Shown piece after piece: positions 23,513 through 31,509 of a stretch of DNA of 32,000 nt. The DNA is from Patescibacteria group bacterium (lineage in GTDB: Bacteria > Patescibacteriota > Patescibacteriia > UBA2591 > UBA6264): positions 6,523-38,522 of the forward strand of contig JAQTOB010000007.1 in the NCBI GenBank assembly GCA_028713575.1, given 5' to 3'. Each line of letters begins with the position of its first letter. Within the stretch, counting starts at the first letter, position 1. The notes beneath the pieces were generated by a model. That model did no database searches, had not been told where the DNA came from, and saw only the letters and a program-made list of their open reading frames with translations. The position numbers were made by a program, and so were the translations under genes.

Positions 23513-25636
23513 TTATTTGCACATTTTATTGCTACAAATAATATTTTTTCCTTTTCTTACCATTAAGCTGTTACAACGAGGACATTTTTCGTTGAGAGGT
23601 TCATCCCAAAGGGCAAAATCGCATTTTGGCCAATTTGAACAGCCGTAGAAAAACTTACCCTTGCGTGTTCTTTTTTTTACAATTTCACCATTGCATTTTG
23701 GACAAGGAACATTAATTGTTTCATTGTTTGAATTGTTTTGGTTTAATGATTGAGTATATTTGCATTTAGGAAAACCAGTGCAAGCTAAAAATTTTCCAAA
23801 ACGACCCATTTTTATCACTAATGGTTCATTGCATTTCGGACATCTTTTATCGGTTTGTTCATCGGTAAAAGTTTTATTTATTTCTTGTTCTTTCATTTTT
23901 AAATTTTTTATAAAGGGTTGATAAAAATTAATCAGCATTTTTAAATGATCATCTTTGCCCGCCGCCACTTCATCCAGCTTATTTTCCATTTCTGCCGTGA
24001 ATTGATAATCAACGATAACAGGAAAATGTTTTACTAAAAGATTATTAACCAAAACGCCTATTTCTGTCGGATAAAAAGCTTTTTGTTGCTTTTGTACATA
24101 GTTCCTATTTTGAATAGTAGAAATGATGGGGGCGTAAGTGGACGGCCGACCGATTCCATATTCTTCTAAAGTTTTAACTAAACTGGCTTCATTATAACGG
24201 GGAGGCGGCTCGGTAAAATGCTGTTCGGGCTTTAATTGTTTTAATTTTAAGATTTGATCGACTTTTAATTTTGGCAAATAACATTCATTTTGTTTTTCAG
24301 GATATATTTTAATCCAACCATCAAAATTAATACTTGATCCATTGGCGCGGAAAAGATATTGTTTTGCCTTAATATCCACAGAAATTGAATCAATGATTTC
24401 TGAAGACATTTGTGAGGCCAAAGCCCGACGCCAAATTAAATCATAAAGTTTAAATTGATTTTTATTTAAATATTTGGCAATTTCCTTCGGAGCATAACGA
24501 CAGTCAGTTGGCCGAATGGCCTCATGTGCTTCTTGCGCGTTTTTTATTTTTGTTTTATAAAAACGTTTTTGGTAATATTTTTTTCCGTATTCATTTTCAA
24601 TGAATAGTTGGCTTTCGTTTAAAAATTTATCTGCTAAGTGCAAAGAATCGGTACGCATATAAGTAATTAAACCGGTAATTGATTTTTTATTTAAGGCAAT
24701 GCCCTCATAAAGCTGTTGGGCAAACATCATGGTTTGTTTAACCGTAAAACCAAGCTTTTTGTTGGCCTCTTGTTGTAAGGTGCTGGTAGTAAACGGTGGC
24801 AAAGGATGTTTTGTCAATTGTTTTTCGTTTATTTTACTTACTTGATATTCAGCATCTTTTAGTTCTTTAATTATTTTTTCAACTTGTTCCTTATTTTTGA
24901 TCCCTGGTTTTTCCAAGGTCTGGTCATCTTTTTTTGTTAGTTTGGCCCAAAAAGAATTTTTTTCTTTTTCTAATTTTATTTCAATTGACCAGTATTCTTC
25001 GGGTTTAAATTTTTTGATTTCCTCCTCTCTTTCCATAATTAATCTAACTGCCGGAGATTGAACGCGTCCGGCAGAAAGCCCTTTAACCACTTTTTTCCAA
25101 AGCAGGGGAGAAAGATGATAACCGACTAAACGGTCAAGGATTCTTCTAGCCTGTTGCGCGTTAACTAAATTTTTGTCTATTTCTCGGGGATTTAACAATG
25201 CTCGTTTTACTGCTTCTTCGGTGATTTCGCCAAAAGTGATTCTATAAAAATTGGAAATTGGTTTGTTGTTTGTTTGCTGGTTGGTGGACTGATGTTTTGA
25301 ATTTTCAGGTTGTAAAACCTGGCTAAGGTGCCAGGCAATGGCCTCGCCTTCCCGATCTTCGTCAGTAGCAAAATATATTTTTTTTACTTGAGTAGAGAGT
25401 TTTTTTAATTTATTGACAATTTTTCTTTTTTTTGTGGGAATAACATATTGAGCTTCAAATTTTTTTTCTGGGTTAATCCCCATTTTTCCTTTAGGTAAAT
25501 CACGGACATGACCTTGGCAGGATTCAATTAAAAAATTTTTTTCTAAAAAACGGCTAATGGTTTTTGCTTTGGTTGGCGATTCAACGATGATAAGATTTTT
25601 TTTATTAGAATCAGAAATTTCTTTTTTTACAGACAT
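23513..25636 (-). CDS. topA: DNA topoisomerase I with three C-terminal zinc ribbons
   Basis: 707 aa with a Toprim N-terminus (LIIVESPTKAKTI, ATDEDREGEAIAWH), the active-site region (GLITYMRTDS), and CPKCN...C, CPKCNG...C, CPRCNS...C fingers. Confidence 0.96.
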   Translation of the reverse strand: MSVKKEISDSNKKNLIIVESPTKAKTISRFLEKNFLIESCQGHVRDLPKGKMGINPEKKFEAQYVIPTKKRKIVNKLKKLSTQVKKIYFATDEDREGEAIAWHLSQVLQPENSKHQSTNQQTNNKPISNFYRITFGEITEEAVKRALLNPREIDKNLVNAQQARRILDRLVGYHLSPLLWKKVVKGLSAGRVQSPAVRLIMEREEEIKKFKPEEYWSIEIKLEKEKNSFWAKLTKKDDQTLEKPGIKNKEQVEKIIKELKDAEYQVSKINEKQLTKHPLPPFTTSTLQQEANKKLGFTVKQTMMFAQQLYEGIALNKKSITGLITYMRTDSLHLADKFLNESQLFIENEYGKKYYQKRFYKTKIKNAQEAHEAIRPTDCRYAPKEIAKYLNKNQFKLYDLIWRRALASQMSSEIIDSISVDIKAKQYLFRANGSSINFDGWIKIYPEKQNECYLPKLKVDQILKLKQLKPEQHFTEPPPRYNEASLVKTLEEYGIGRPSTYAPIISTIQNRNYVQKQQKAFYPTEIGVLVNNLLVKHFPVIVDYQFTAEMENKLDEVAAGKDDHLKMLINFYQPFIKNLKMKEQEINKTFTDEQTDKRCPKCNEPLVIKMGRFGKFLACTGFPKCKYTQSLNQNNSNNETINVPCPKCNGEIVKKRTRKGKFFYGCSNWPKCDFALWDEPLNEKCPRCNSLMVRKGKNIICSNKMCK

Positions 25637-25677
25637 AATAATTTGTTTAATTTTATATTTTTGTTTGAAAGTTTATT

Positions 25678-26331
25678 TTATTGATTAATTGATTTTAAAA
25701 TTTCTAAAATTTCTTCTGGCTTGGTGACGGGTTTGGCCCCCATTTTAATCAAAAAATTGCAGCCTTGAGAATTTTCATTATAGATTCCACCCGGAACGGC
25801 AAAAACTTCTCGGCCTTGTTCAAGGGCAAAACGAGCCGTAATTAAAGCGCCTGATTTTATCGGCGCTTCTATTACCAAAACGCCCAAAGATAATCCGGAC
25901 ACGATTCGGTTGCGCGCGGGAAAAGTTAATTTAGAAGGCCTTGTTTTAGGTGGATATTCGCTTAGCAGGGCTCCGCCAGATTTGATGATTTCTTTGGCCA
26001 GTTTTTTATGCTTTGGTGGGTAAATTATATCCAGTCCCGACCCGAGAACGGCCAAGGTGCGGCCATGGTTTTCCAAGGCAATTTGATGAGCTAAGCCGTC
26101 AATTCCTAAAGCCAGGCCACTAATAATGGTCAGGCCGGCTTGAACCAAAACATTAACGAAATATTCTGTGGTTTTTTTCCCATAAAAAGAAATTTTTCTC
26201 GTACCTACTACGGCCAAAGGAAATTTTTCTTTTGATTTTAATTTACCAAGACAATATAATTGTTTCGGCGGACCATAAATCTCTTTCAGTAATTGAGGAT
26301 AATTTTTATCTTTAAGAGAAATAGTCAGCAT
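25678..26331 (-). CDS. dprA: DNA-processing protein DprA (Rossmann core only, 217 aa)
   Basis: Start reassigned to ATG 26331 (MLTISLKDKNYPQLLKEIYGPPKQLYCLGKL). Motifs GLALGIDGLAHQ, FPARNRIVSGLS, VIEAPIKSGALITA. The longer track ORF would run through the promoter region and into murG. Confidence 0.88.
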   Translation of the reverse strand: MLTISLKDKNYPQLLKEIYGPPKQLYCLGKLKSKEKFPLAVVGTRKISFYGKKTTEYFVNVLVQAGLTIISGLALGIDGLAHQIALENHGRTLAVLGSGLDIIYPPKHKKLAKEIIKSGGALLSEYPPKTRPSKLTFPARNRIVSGLSLGVLVIEAPIKSGALITARFALEQGREVFAVPGGIYNENSQGCNFLIKMGAKPVTKPEEILEILKSINQ

Positions 26332-26338
26332 ATCAAAG

Positions 26339-26367
26339 GTTATAACAGATATGATAAAATTTGACAA
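26339..26367 (-). promoter_or_regulatory. Promoter TTGTCA-17-TATAAC for dprA-topA; the -10 lies 7 nt from the dprA ATG
   Basis: Read on the minus strand: -35 at 26362-26367, -10 at 26339-26344. The -35 overlaps the murG -35 on the other strand (shared core TTGACAA). Confidence 0.55.
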
Positions 26368-26389
26368 GACGATTGAAAAAAGATAAAAT
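26361..26389 (+). promoter_or_regulatory. Promoter TTGACA-17-TAAAAT for murG; the -10 lies 6 nt from the murG ATG
   Basis: -35 at 26361-26366, exact 17-nt spacer, -10 at 26384-26389, ATG at 26396. Confidence 0.6.
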
Positions 26390-26395
26390 GATTTT

Positions 26396-27490
26396 ATGAA
26401 AATTATTTTAAGCGGCGGCGGGACCGGCGGTTCAGTTATGCCATTATTAGCCGTAGCTGAAGAGATAAAAAAACAGTGTGCAAAAGATGCGCCACAAATG
26501 CGCAATTCTGAATGCGAATTTTTATTTATTGGTACAAGAAAAGGAATCCCAGAAAAGAAATTAGTTCAAGAAAAAAATATTTTATACCGGTCAATTTATA
26601 GTGGCAAATTAAGACGTTATTTCTCTTTTAAAAATATCACGGACATTTTTTTTATTTTATTCGGATTTATTCAATCCATTTTTATAATTTTAAGATTTAA
26701 ACCGCAGGCCATATTTTCTGCCGGCGGATTCGTAGCCGTACCTTTGTCTTTAGCCGGATGGTTTCTTCGTATTCCTATTTTTATTCATCAACAAGACATT
26801 GTTCCCGGCTTGGCCAATAAAATTATTGCGCCTTTGTCTAAAAAAATTACAGTCAGTTTTGGAGTTTCTTTAAAAAGCTTCAATCCGCAAAAAACGATTT
26901 TAACGGGCAATCCGGTGCGACCGGATATTTTTGAAGGCCGAAAAGAAAGAGCCATAAAAAAATTTAGTTTAGAAAAGGGTTTACCGACATTATTGATTAT
27001 TGGTGGCGGTACCGGCGCTAAAGATTTAAATGATTTAATTTTTCAAATAGTTCCTCAATTAATTGATTTTTGCCAAATTATTCATTTAACTGGCCTAAAT
27101 AAAAGTATAATTAATGAAAAATTAAATCATCGGCGTTATCATCAAATAGAATTTTTGACCAAAGAAATAATAGATGTTTATCAGGCCGCTGATTTAGTTG
27201 TTTGTCGAGCCGGGCTGGGAACTTTGACCGAATTAAGCGTTTTAAAAAAACCTTTAATTTTAATCCCAATTCCCGATTCTCATCAAGAGGCCAATGCTGA
27301 ATATTTTAAAGAAAAAGCGGATATTGTTGTATTAAGTCAAAAAAAAATAATCGCTAAAATATTATTAAAACAAATTAAAAATTTAATTATGTCGCCGGAC
27401 GATTTGAAAAGAACAGGAGAAAGTATTTATCAATTGATACAGTTGCGGGCAGGAGAAAAAATTAGCAAGATAATTTTAAAAGAAATTTAA
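26396..27490 (+). CDS. murG: UDP-N-acetylglucosamine:lipid I GlcNAc transferase MurG
   Basis: 364 aa with N-terminal GGGTGGS, GGFVAVP, GNPVR, IIGGGTGA, and the C-terminal region CRAGLGTLTELSVLKKPLILIP...HQEANA. Confidence 0.92.
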   Translation: MKIILSGGGTGGSVMPLLAVAEEIKKQCAKDAPQMRNSECEFLFIGTRKGIPEKKLVQEKNILYRSIYSGKLRRYFSFKNITDIFFILFGFIQSIFIILRFKPQAIFSAGGFVAVPLSLAGWFLRIPIFIHQQDIVPGLANKIIAPLSKKITVSFGVSLKSFNPQKTILTGNPVRPDIFEGRKERAIKKFSLEKGLPTLLIIGGGTGAKDLNDLIFQIVPQLIDFCQIIHLTGLNKSIINEKLNHRRYHQIEFLTKEIIDVYQAADLVVCRAGLGTLTELSVLKKPLILIPIPDSHQEANAEYFKEKADIVVLSQKKIIAKILLKQIKNLIMSPDDLKRTGESIYQLIQLRAGEKISKIILKEI

Positions 27491-27491
27491 T

Positions 27492-27517
27492 GAGGACCAA
27501 ATTGGCCCTCTTTTTTT
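27492..27517 (+). terminator. Intrinsic terminator after murG
   Basis: GAGGACC-AAATT-GGCCCTC (one mismatch) followed by TTTTTTT. Confidence 0.7.
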
Positions 27518-27734
27518 GCAATTTTTGTTTACTATATTAATTTTCCAAAAAATTTTATTAATATAGTTTTTTTATGGGGTCCTCCTAGTTACGCTTACGC
27601 GAGTCGGGGGAATTGCATTTTAGAACGGAGATATTAAATAATAATACCTTAGCCATTCATTTTTATCCTCCTTTTATTATAAGAAATATTATACAAAAAT
27701 AAAAAAATTTGTATAAAAAGTTATCCACAGTTTA

Positions 27735-27761
27735 TTAGCACTCAATCTTGACGAGTGCTAA
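27735..27761 (+). promoter_or_regulatory. CIRCE operator (HrcA binding site), perfect consensus
   Basis: TTAGCACTC-AATCTTGAC-GAGTGCTAA matches TTAGCACTC-N9-GAGTGCTAA exactly. Lies 39 nt upstream of hrcA. Confidence 0.95.
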
Positions 27762-27776
27762 TAATTTGAATATAAT
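27748..27776 (+). promoter_or_regulatory. Promoter TTGACG-17-TATAAT of the hrcA operon; the -35 is embedded in CIRCE
   Basis: -35 at 27748-27753 (CIRCE spacer and right arm), 17-nt spacer, -10 at 27771-27776. Confidence 0.7.
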
Positions 27777-27799
27777 TAAATTAGTTTAATTTTTATATA

Positions 27800-28510
27800 A
27801 TGAAATTTAATATTCAAGAAGACATAACCGAAAGACAACAGGGCCTGATAAAAAATATTATTGAAGAATATGTTGAAAAAGCTCAACCGATTGGTTCGGA
27901 GTTTTTAAGTGAAAAAACAAAACCGAGAATAAGTTCGGCGACTATTAGAAATGAAATGGTTGATTTGGTTAAAAACGGATATTTGGAACAACCTCATCTT
28001 TCTGCCGGGAAAATACCAACCCTGAAAGGATGGCAATATTATTTAAATAATTTATTAATTGAGGAGTCGCCATCTATTTATAAAAATAACCTGTCAAAGA
28101 TAAAAATAAAAAAAGACGACCAAAGAATGATTATAAAATTTTATGCCAAAAAAATTTCGGAATTAAGCGGACAATTATGCATTTTGGCTTTTAGTAATAA
28201 TGATTTTTATTATACCGGTTTAAGCAATTTATTAAGCCAGCCGGAATTTACAGACCGGTCAGTTGTTCACAATCTTTCGCAGGTTATTGATCATTTAGAT
28301 AAAATTTTATCAGAAAATTTTGACTTCTTAGGAAAAGAAACAAAAATTTTAGTCGGAAAAGAAAATCCTTTTGGCGATTTTTGCGGCGCCATTTTTACAC
28401 ATTTAAAATTCATTAAAAAATATATTTTAATCGGAATTTTAGGTCCGGTAAGAATGAATTATAGAAAAAATTTAGCCTTGATTAAGCGAGTTCAAGAATT
28501 AATAAATTAA
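27800..28510 (+). CDS. hrcA: Heat-inducible transcription repressor HrcA (short, 236 aa)
   Basis: N-terminal wHTH ERQQGLIKNIIEEYVEKAQPIGSEFL...SSATIRNEMVDLVKNGYLEQPHLSAGKIPT. Operon context with CIRCE, grpE and dnaK. Confidence 0.88.
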   Translation: MKFNIQEDITERQQGLIKNIIEEYVEKAQPIGSEFLSEKTKPRISSATIRNEMVDLVKNGYLEQPHLSAGKIPTLKGWQYYLNNLLIEESPSIYKNNLSKIKIKKDDQRMIIKFYAKKISELSGQLCILAFSNNDFYYTGLSNLLSQPEFTDRSVVHNLSQVIDHLDKILSENFDFLGKETKILVGKENPFGDFCGAIFTHLKFIKKYILIGILGPVRMNYRKNLALIKRVQELIN

Positions 28511-28514
28511 TTTT

Positions 28515-28979
28515 ATGTCCAAAGAAAAAGAAATAGAAAAATTAAGAAAAGAATTAGAGGAGGCAAAAAAAGAATCAATAGAGCATTTAAACGGCTGGAA
28601 AAGAGCCAAGGCCGATTATCTTAATCGGGAAAAAGAAATTAATCGGGAAAAAGTGGATTGGGTGAAATTTAGCAATCTGGAATTGATTTTAAAGATTTTG
28701 CCGATTTTAGACGCCTTTGACCAATCTTTAAAACAAATTCCTGATGATTTGAAAGAAAATAAATGGATAAAAGGCGTATTTCAAATTAAACAACAGCTTG
28801 AAGATTTTCTAAAAATTCAAGGCGTGGGAAAAATAAAATCAGTGGAAGAAAAATTTAATCCTGATTTTCATGAAGTAGTGGAGAAAAGAGGAGAAGGGGG
28901 GAAAATTATAGAAGAGATTCAAGCCGGTTATTTAATGAATAATGAAGTAATTAGGGCGGCTAAAGTCATTATTAAGTAA
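28515..28979 (+). CDS. grpE: Nucleotide exchange factor GrpE
   Basis: 154 aa with a coiled-coil N-terminus, WKRAKADYLNREKE, ILPILDAFD, and FNPDFHEVV...GYLMNNEVIRAAKV. Confidence 0.9.
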   Translation: MSKEKEIEKLRKELEEAKKESIEHLNGWKRAKADYLNREKEINREKVDWVKFSNLELILKILPILDAFDQSLKQIPDDLKENKWIKGVFQIKQQLEDFLKIQGVGKIKSVEEKFNPDFHEVVEKRGEGGKIIEEIQAGYLMNNEVIRAAKVIIK

Positions 28980-29023
28980 AATAAAGGTCTTTATATATTT
29001 AATTAGTTTAATTTATTATTAAT

Positions 29024-29452
29024 ATGACATTAGTTCCTTTTCGTCACGGCTGGTTCTGGGAGCCAAATGATATAGATAAATTTTTTGATGAATGGCCGCA
29101 AATGAAATCAGCCGACTTTATGCCGGCAGTCAACGTTTATGAAAAAGACAATAAAGTGATGGTAGAGGCAGTGGTCACCGGATTTGACCCGAAAAAAGTT
29201 GAAATTTCAGTTCAGGACAACGCTTTAATCTTAAAAGGAGAAAATCAGAAAAAGTCAGAAGTAGAAGAAAAAAATTATTATTATCATGAAGTTAAATCGG
29301 GAAGTTTTTACCGGGCAATTACTTTACCGGTCAAAGTAGCGGGTGAAAAAACACAAGCAGTCTATCAAGACGGTATTTTAAAGATAGAGATTCCCAAAGC
29401 CAAAGAAATTAAAAGTAAAAAAGTACAAGTCAAGGTTGTCAATAAAAAATAA
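29024..29452 (+). CDS. Small heat-shock protein (Hsp20/alpha-crystallin family)
   Basis: 142 aa with an alpha-crystallin domain (PAVNVYEKDNKVMVEAVVTGFDPKKVEISVQDNALILKGE...GSFYRAITLP...AVYQDGILKIEIPK). Confidence 0.9.
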   Translation: MTLVPFRHGWFWEPNDIDKFFDEWPQMKSADFMPAVNVYEKDNKVMVEAVVTGFDPKKVEISVQDNALILKGENQKKSEVEEKNYYYHEVKSGSFYRAITLPVKVAGEKTQAVYQDGILKIEIPKAKEIKSKKVQVKVVNKK

Positions 29453-29529
29453 TCTGATAAATAAATTAAATTAGCAAGACCGGCTATTTATTTTACCGGC
29501 CGGGCTGATAATTAAATAATGAGGTATTT

Positions 29530-31383
29530 ATGGGAAAAATAATAGGTATTGATTTGGGGACATCCAATTCCGCCGCCGCTTATATGGAAGCGGGGAAACC
29601 AAAAATGATTCCTTCAGCCGAAGGAACAACTGTTGTCGGAGGGAAAGCTTTTCCTTCTTATGTTGCCTTTACCAAAGATGATCAACTTTTAGTGGGTGAA
29701 CCGGCCCGGCGTCAAGCCGTAGCCAATTCTGAAGGAACGATTTTGGCCACTAAGCGGAAAATGGGTACGGACTACAAATATAAAATTTATGGTAAGGAAT
29801 ATACGCCCCAGCAGATTTCCGCTTTTATTTTGCAGAAAATAAAAAAAGACGCGGAAATGTATTTGGGAGAAAAAATAGAAAAAGCCGTGATTACGGTCCC
29901 GGCTTATTTTAGTGATGCGCAACGTCAAGCAACCAAAGATGCTGGCGCCATTGCCGGCTTGGAAGTAATTAGATTAGTAAACGAACCGACCGCCGCCAGT
30001 TTAGCTTACGGTTTAGATAAAATAAAGGAAAAAGACCACCAGGTTTTGGTTTTTGATATGGGTGCTGGTACTTTAGATGTAACGATTATGAATTTTGGAC
30101 AGGGAGTTTTTGAAGTTATTTCCACTTCCGGAGATACCCAGCTGGGCGGCACAGACATGGATGAGGTTTTAATTGATTATTTAGTCAAGGAATTTAAAAG
30201 AAAAGAAGGGATTGATTTAAGTAAAGATAAAATGGCGACGCAACGGTTAAAAGAAGCAGTAGAAAAGGCTAAGATTGAAATTTCTTCGGTGCTGGAAACA
30301 GAAATAAATCTGCCCTTTATTACCGCTGACGCTCAAGGGCCGAAACATTTATTAATGAAAATTACGCGGGCAAAGTTGGAAGAATTAGTGGAACCAATTG
30401 TGGAACGTTCTCGCGAATCGATTGAACAGGCAATGAAAGACGCCAAGCTTAAGCCCCAGGATATTGAAAAAATTATTTTAGTTGGCGGCCCGACAAGAAT
30501 GCCGATTGTTAAAAAATTTATTGAGAATATTTTCGGACAAAAGATAGAAAGGGGCGTTGACCCGATGGAATGTGTGGCGATGGGTGCGGCCATTCAAGCC
30601 GCCATCTTGGGCGGAGAAACAGAGGTTAAAGATGTCTTACTCTTGGATGTTACGCCCTTGACTTTAGGCATAGAAACATTAGGAGAGGTAATGACTCCCT
30701 TAATTGAAAGAAACGCGACTATTCCCACTTCTAAATCGCAGGTATTTTCCACGGCCGCGGATAGCCAGACATCAGTAGAAATTCATGTCTTGCAGGGTGA
30801 GAGGCCTATCGCCAGAGATAACCGCACTTTAGGAAGGTTTATTTTGGACGGTATTCCGCCGGCGCCGCGAGGCATTCCCCAGATTGAAGTAACCTTTGAT
30901 ATTGACGCCAACGGTATTTTGACCGTTTCCGCCAAAGACAAGGCAACCAACAAAGAGCAACATATTACCATTAAAGACAGTAGCGCCCTTTCAGAAAAAG
31001 AAATTGACAAAATGAAAAAAGAGGCGGAAAAGTTTGCCTCAGAAGACCGAAAAAACAAAGAACTGATTGACCTAAGAAATCAAGCAGACACCTTGGTTTA
31101 TACTTCAGAAAAAGCGATAAAAGACGCGGGTGATAAAATCAATAAAGAAGAAAAAAGTACAGTAGAAGATAAAATAGATCAGTTGAAGAAGATAAAAGAC
31201 AAGGGAAATGAGGAAGAAATCAAAAAAGCGATTCAGGAATTGGGAGACGAGGTTCAGAAGATTGGAGCAAAAATGTATGAACAGGTTAAAAAAACAGAAA
31301 AAGACCAGAAAGGTAATAAAAATGAAGAAAAAAAAGAAGGAGAAGAAGGTCCGATTGAAGGAGAAGTGGAAGAAGAAAAGTAA
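29530..31383 (+). CDS. dnaK: Molecular chaperone DnaK (Hsp70)
   Basis: 617 aa with [19 protein letters not shown]-like ([10 protein letters not shown]), VGGPTRMP, and the substrate-binding domain ([11 protein letters not shown]). GAGG Shine-Dalgarno 6 nt upstream. Confidence 0.97.
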   Translation: MGKIIGIDLGTSNSAAAYMEAGKPKMIPSAEGTTVVGGKAFPSYVAFTKDDQLLVGEPARRQAVANSEGTILATKRKMGTDYKYKIYGKEYTPQQISAFILQKIKKDAEMYLGEKIEKAVITVPAYFSDAQRQATKDAGAIAGLEVIRLVNEPTAASLAYGLDKIKEKDHQVLVFDMGAGTLDVTIMNFGQGVFEVISTSGDTQLGGTDMDEVLIDYLVKEFKRKEGIDLSKDKMATQRLKEAVEKAKIEISSVLETEINLPFITADAQGPKHLLMKITRAKLEELVEPIVERSRESIEQAMKDAKLKPQDIEKIILVGGPTRMPIVKKFIENIFGQKIERGVDPMECVAMGAAIQAAILGGETEVKDVLLLDVTPLTLGIETLGEVMTPLIERNATIPTSKSQVFSTAADSQTSVEIHVLQGERPIARDNRTLGRFILDGIPPAPRGIPQIEVTFDIDANGILTVSAKDKATNKEQHITIKDSSALSEKEIDKMKKEAEKFASEDRKNKELIDLRNQADTLVYTSEKAIKDAGDKINKEEKSTVEDKIDQLKKIKDKGNEEEIKKAIQELGDEVQKIGAKMYEQVKKTEKDQKGNKNEEKKEGEEGPIEGEVEEEK

Positions 31384-31402
31384 GAGATAATTGAGGATAG
31401 AT

Positions 31403-31438
31403 AATCATAAAATGACGCAACGGCGTCATTTTATGATT
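31403..31438. terminator. Perfect 16-bp hairpin downstream of dnaK
   Basis: AATCATAAAATGACGC-AACG-GCGTCATTTTATGATT. Sits between convergent genes and has no clean 3' T-run on the plus strand. Confidence 0.5.
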
Positions 31439-31474
31439 AAAAAATAAATATAAGGAATTAATAAAAAAACGAAA

Positions 31475-31504
31475 GAGGATGAACAAAAACATTTGTTCAT
31501 CCTC
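31475..31504 (-). terminator. Intrinsic terminator of the minus-strand YdjM-like gene
   Basis: Perfect 13-bp stem GAGGATGAACAAA / TTTGTTCATCCTC. On the minus strand it is followed by TTTCGTTTTTTT. Confidence 0.75.
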
Positions 31505-31509
31505 GTAAA

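Noticed and set aside
26332-26505. N-terminal 58-aa extension of the dprA ORF (track 25678-26505)
   Set aside because: The extension has no DprA homology, runs through the bidirectional promoter, and overlaps the murG coding start. DprA homology begins at the internal ATG at 26331.
27721-27729. Perfect DnaA box TTATCCACA in the long AT-rich murG-hrcA spacer, suggesting a possible oriC
   Set aside because: It is a single box, with roughly 0.25 expected by chance in 64 kb of two-strand sequence. There is no cluster of boxes, no dnaA or dnaN nearby, and no obvious AT-rich 13-mer-type unwinding repeats.
29471-29512. Second CIRCE-like site upstream of dnaK (TTAGCAAGACCGG...); also a half-site TTAGCACTTG at 13292-13301
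   Set aside because: Only the left half resembles CIRCE, and no GAGTGCTAA arm lies at 9-nt spacing. The dnaK-proximal sequence is more simply a weak hairpin after hsp20.
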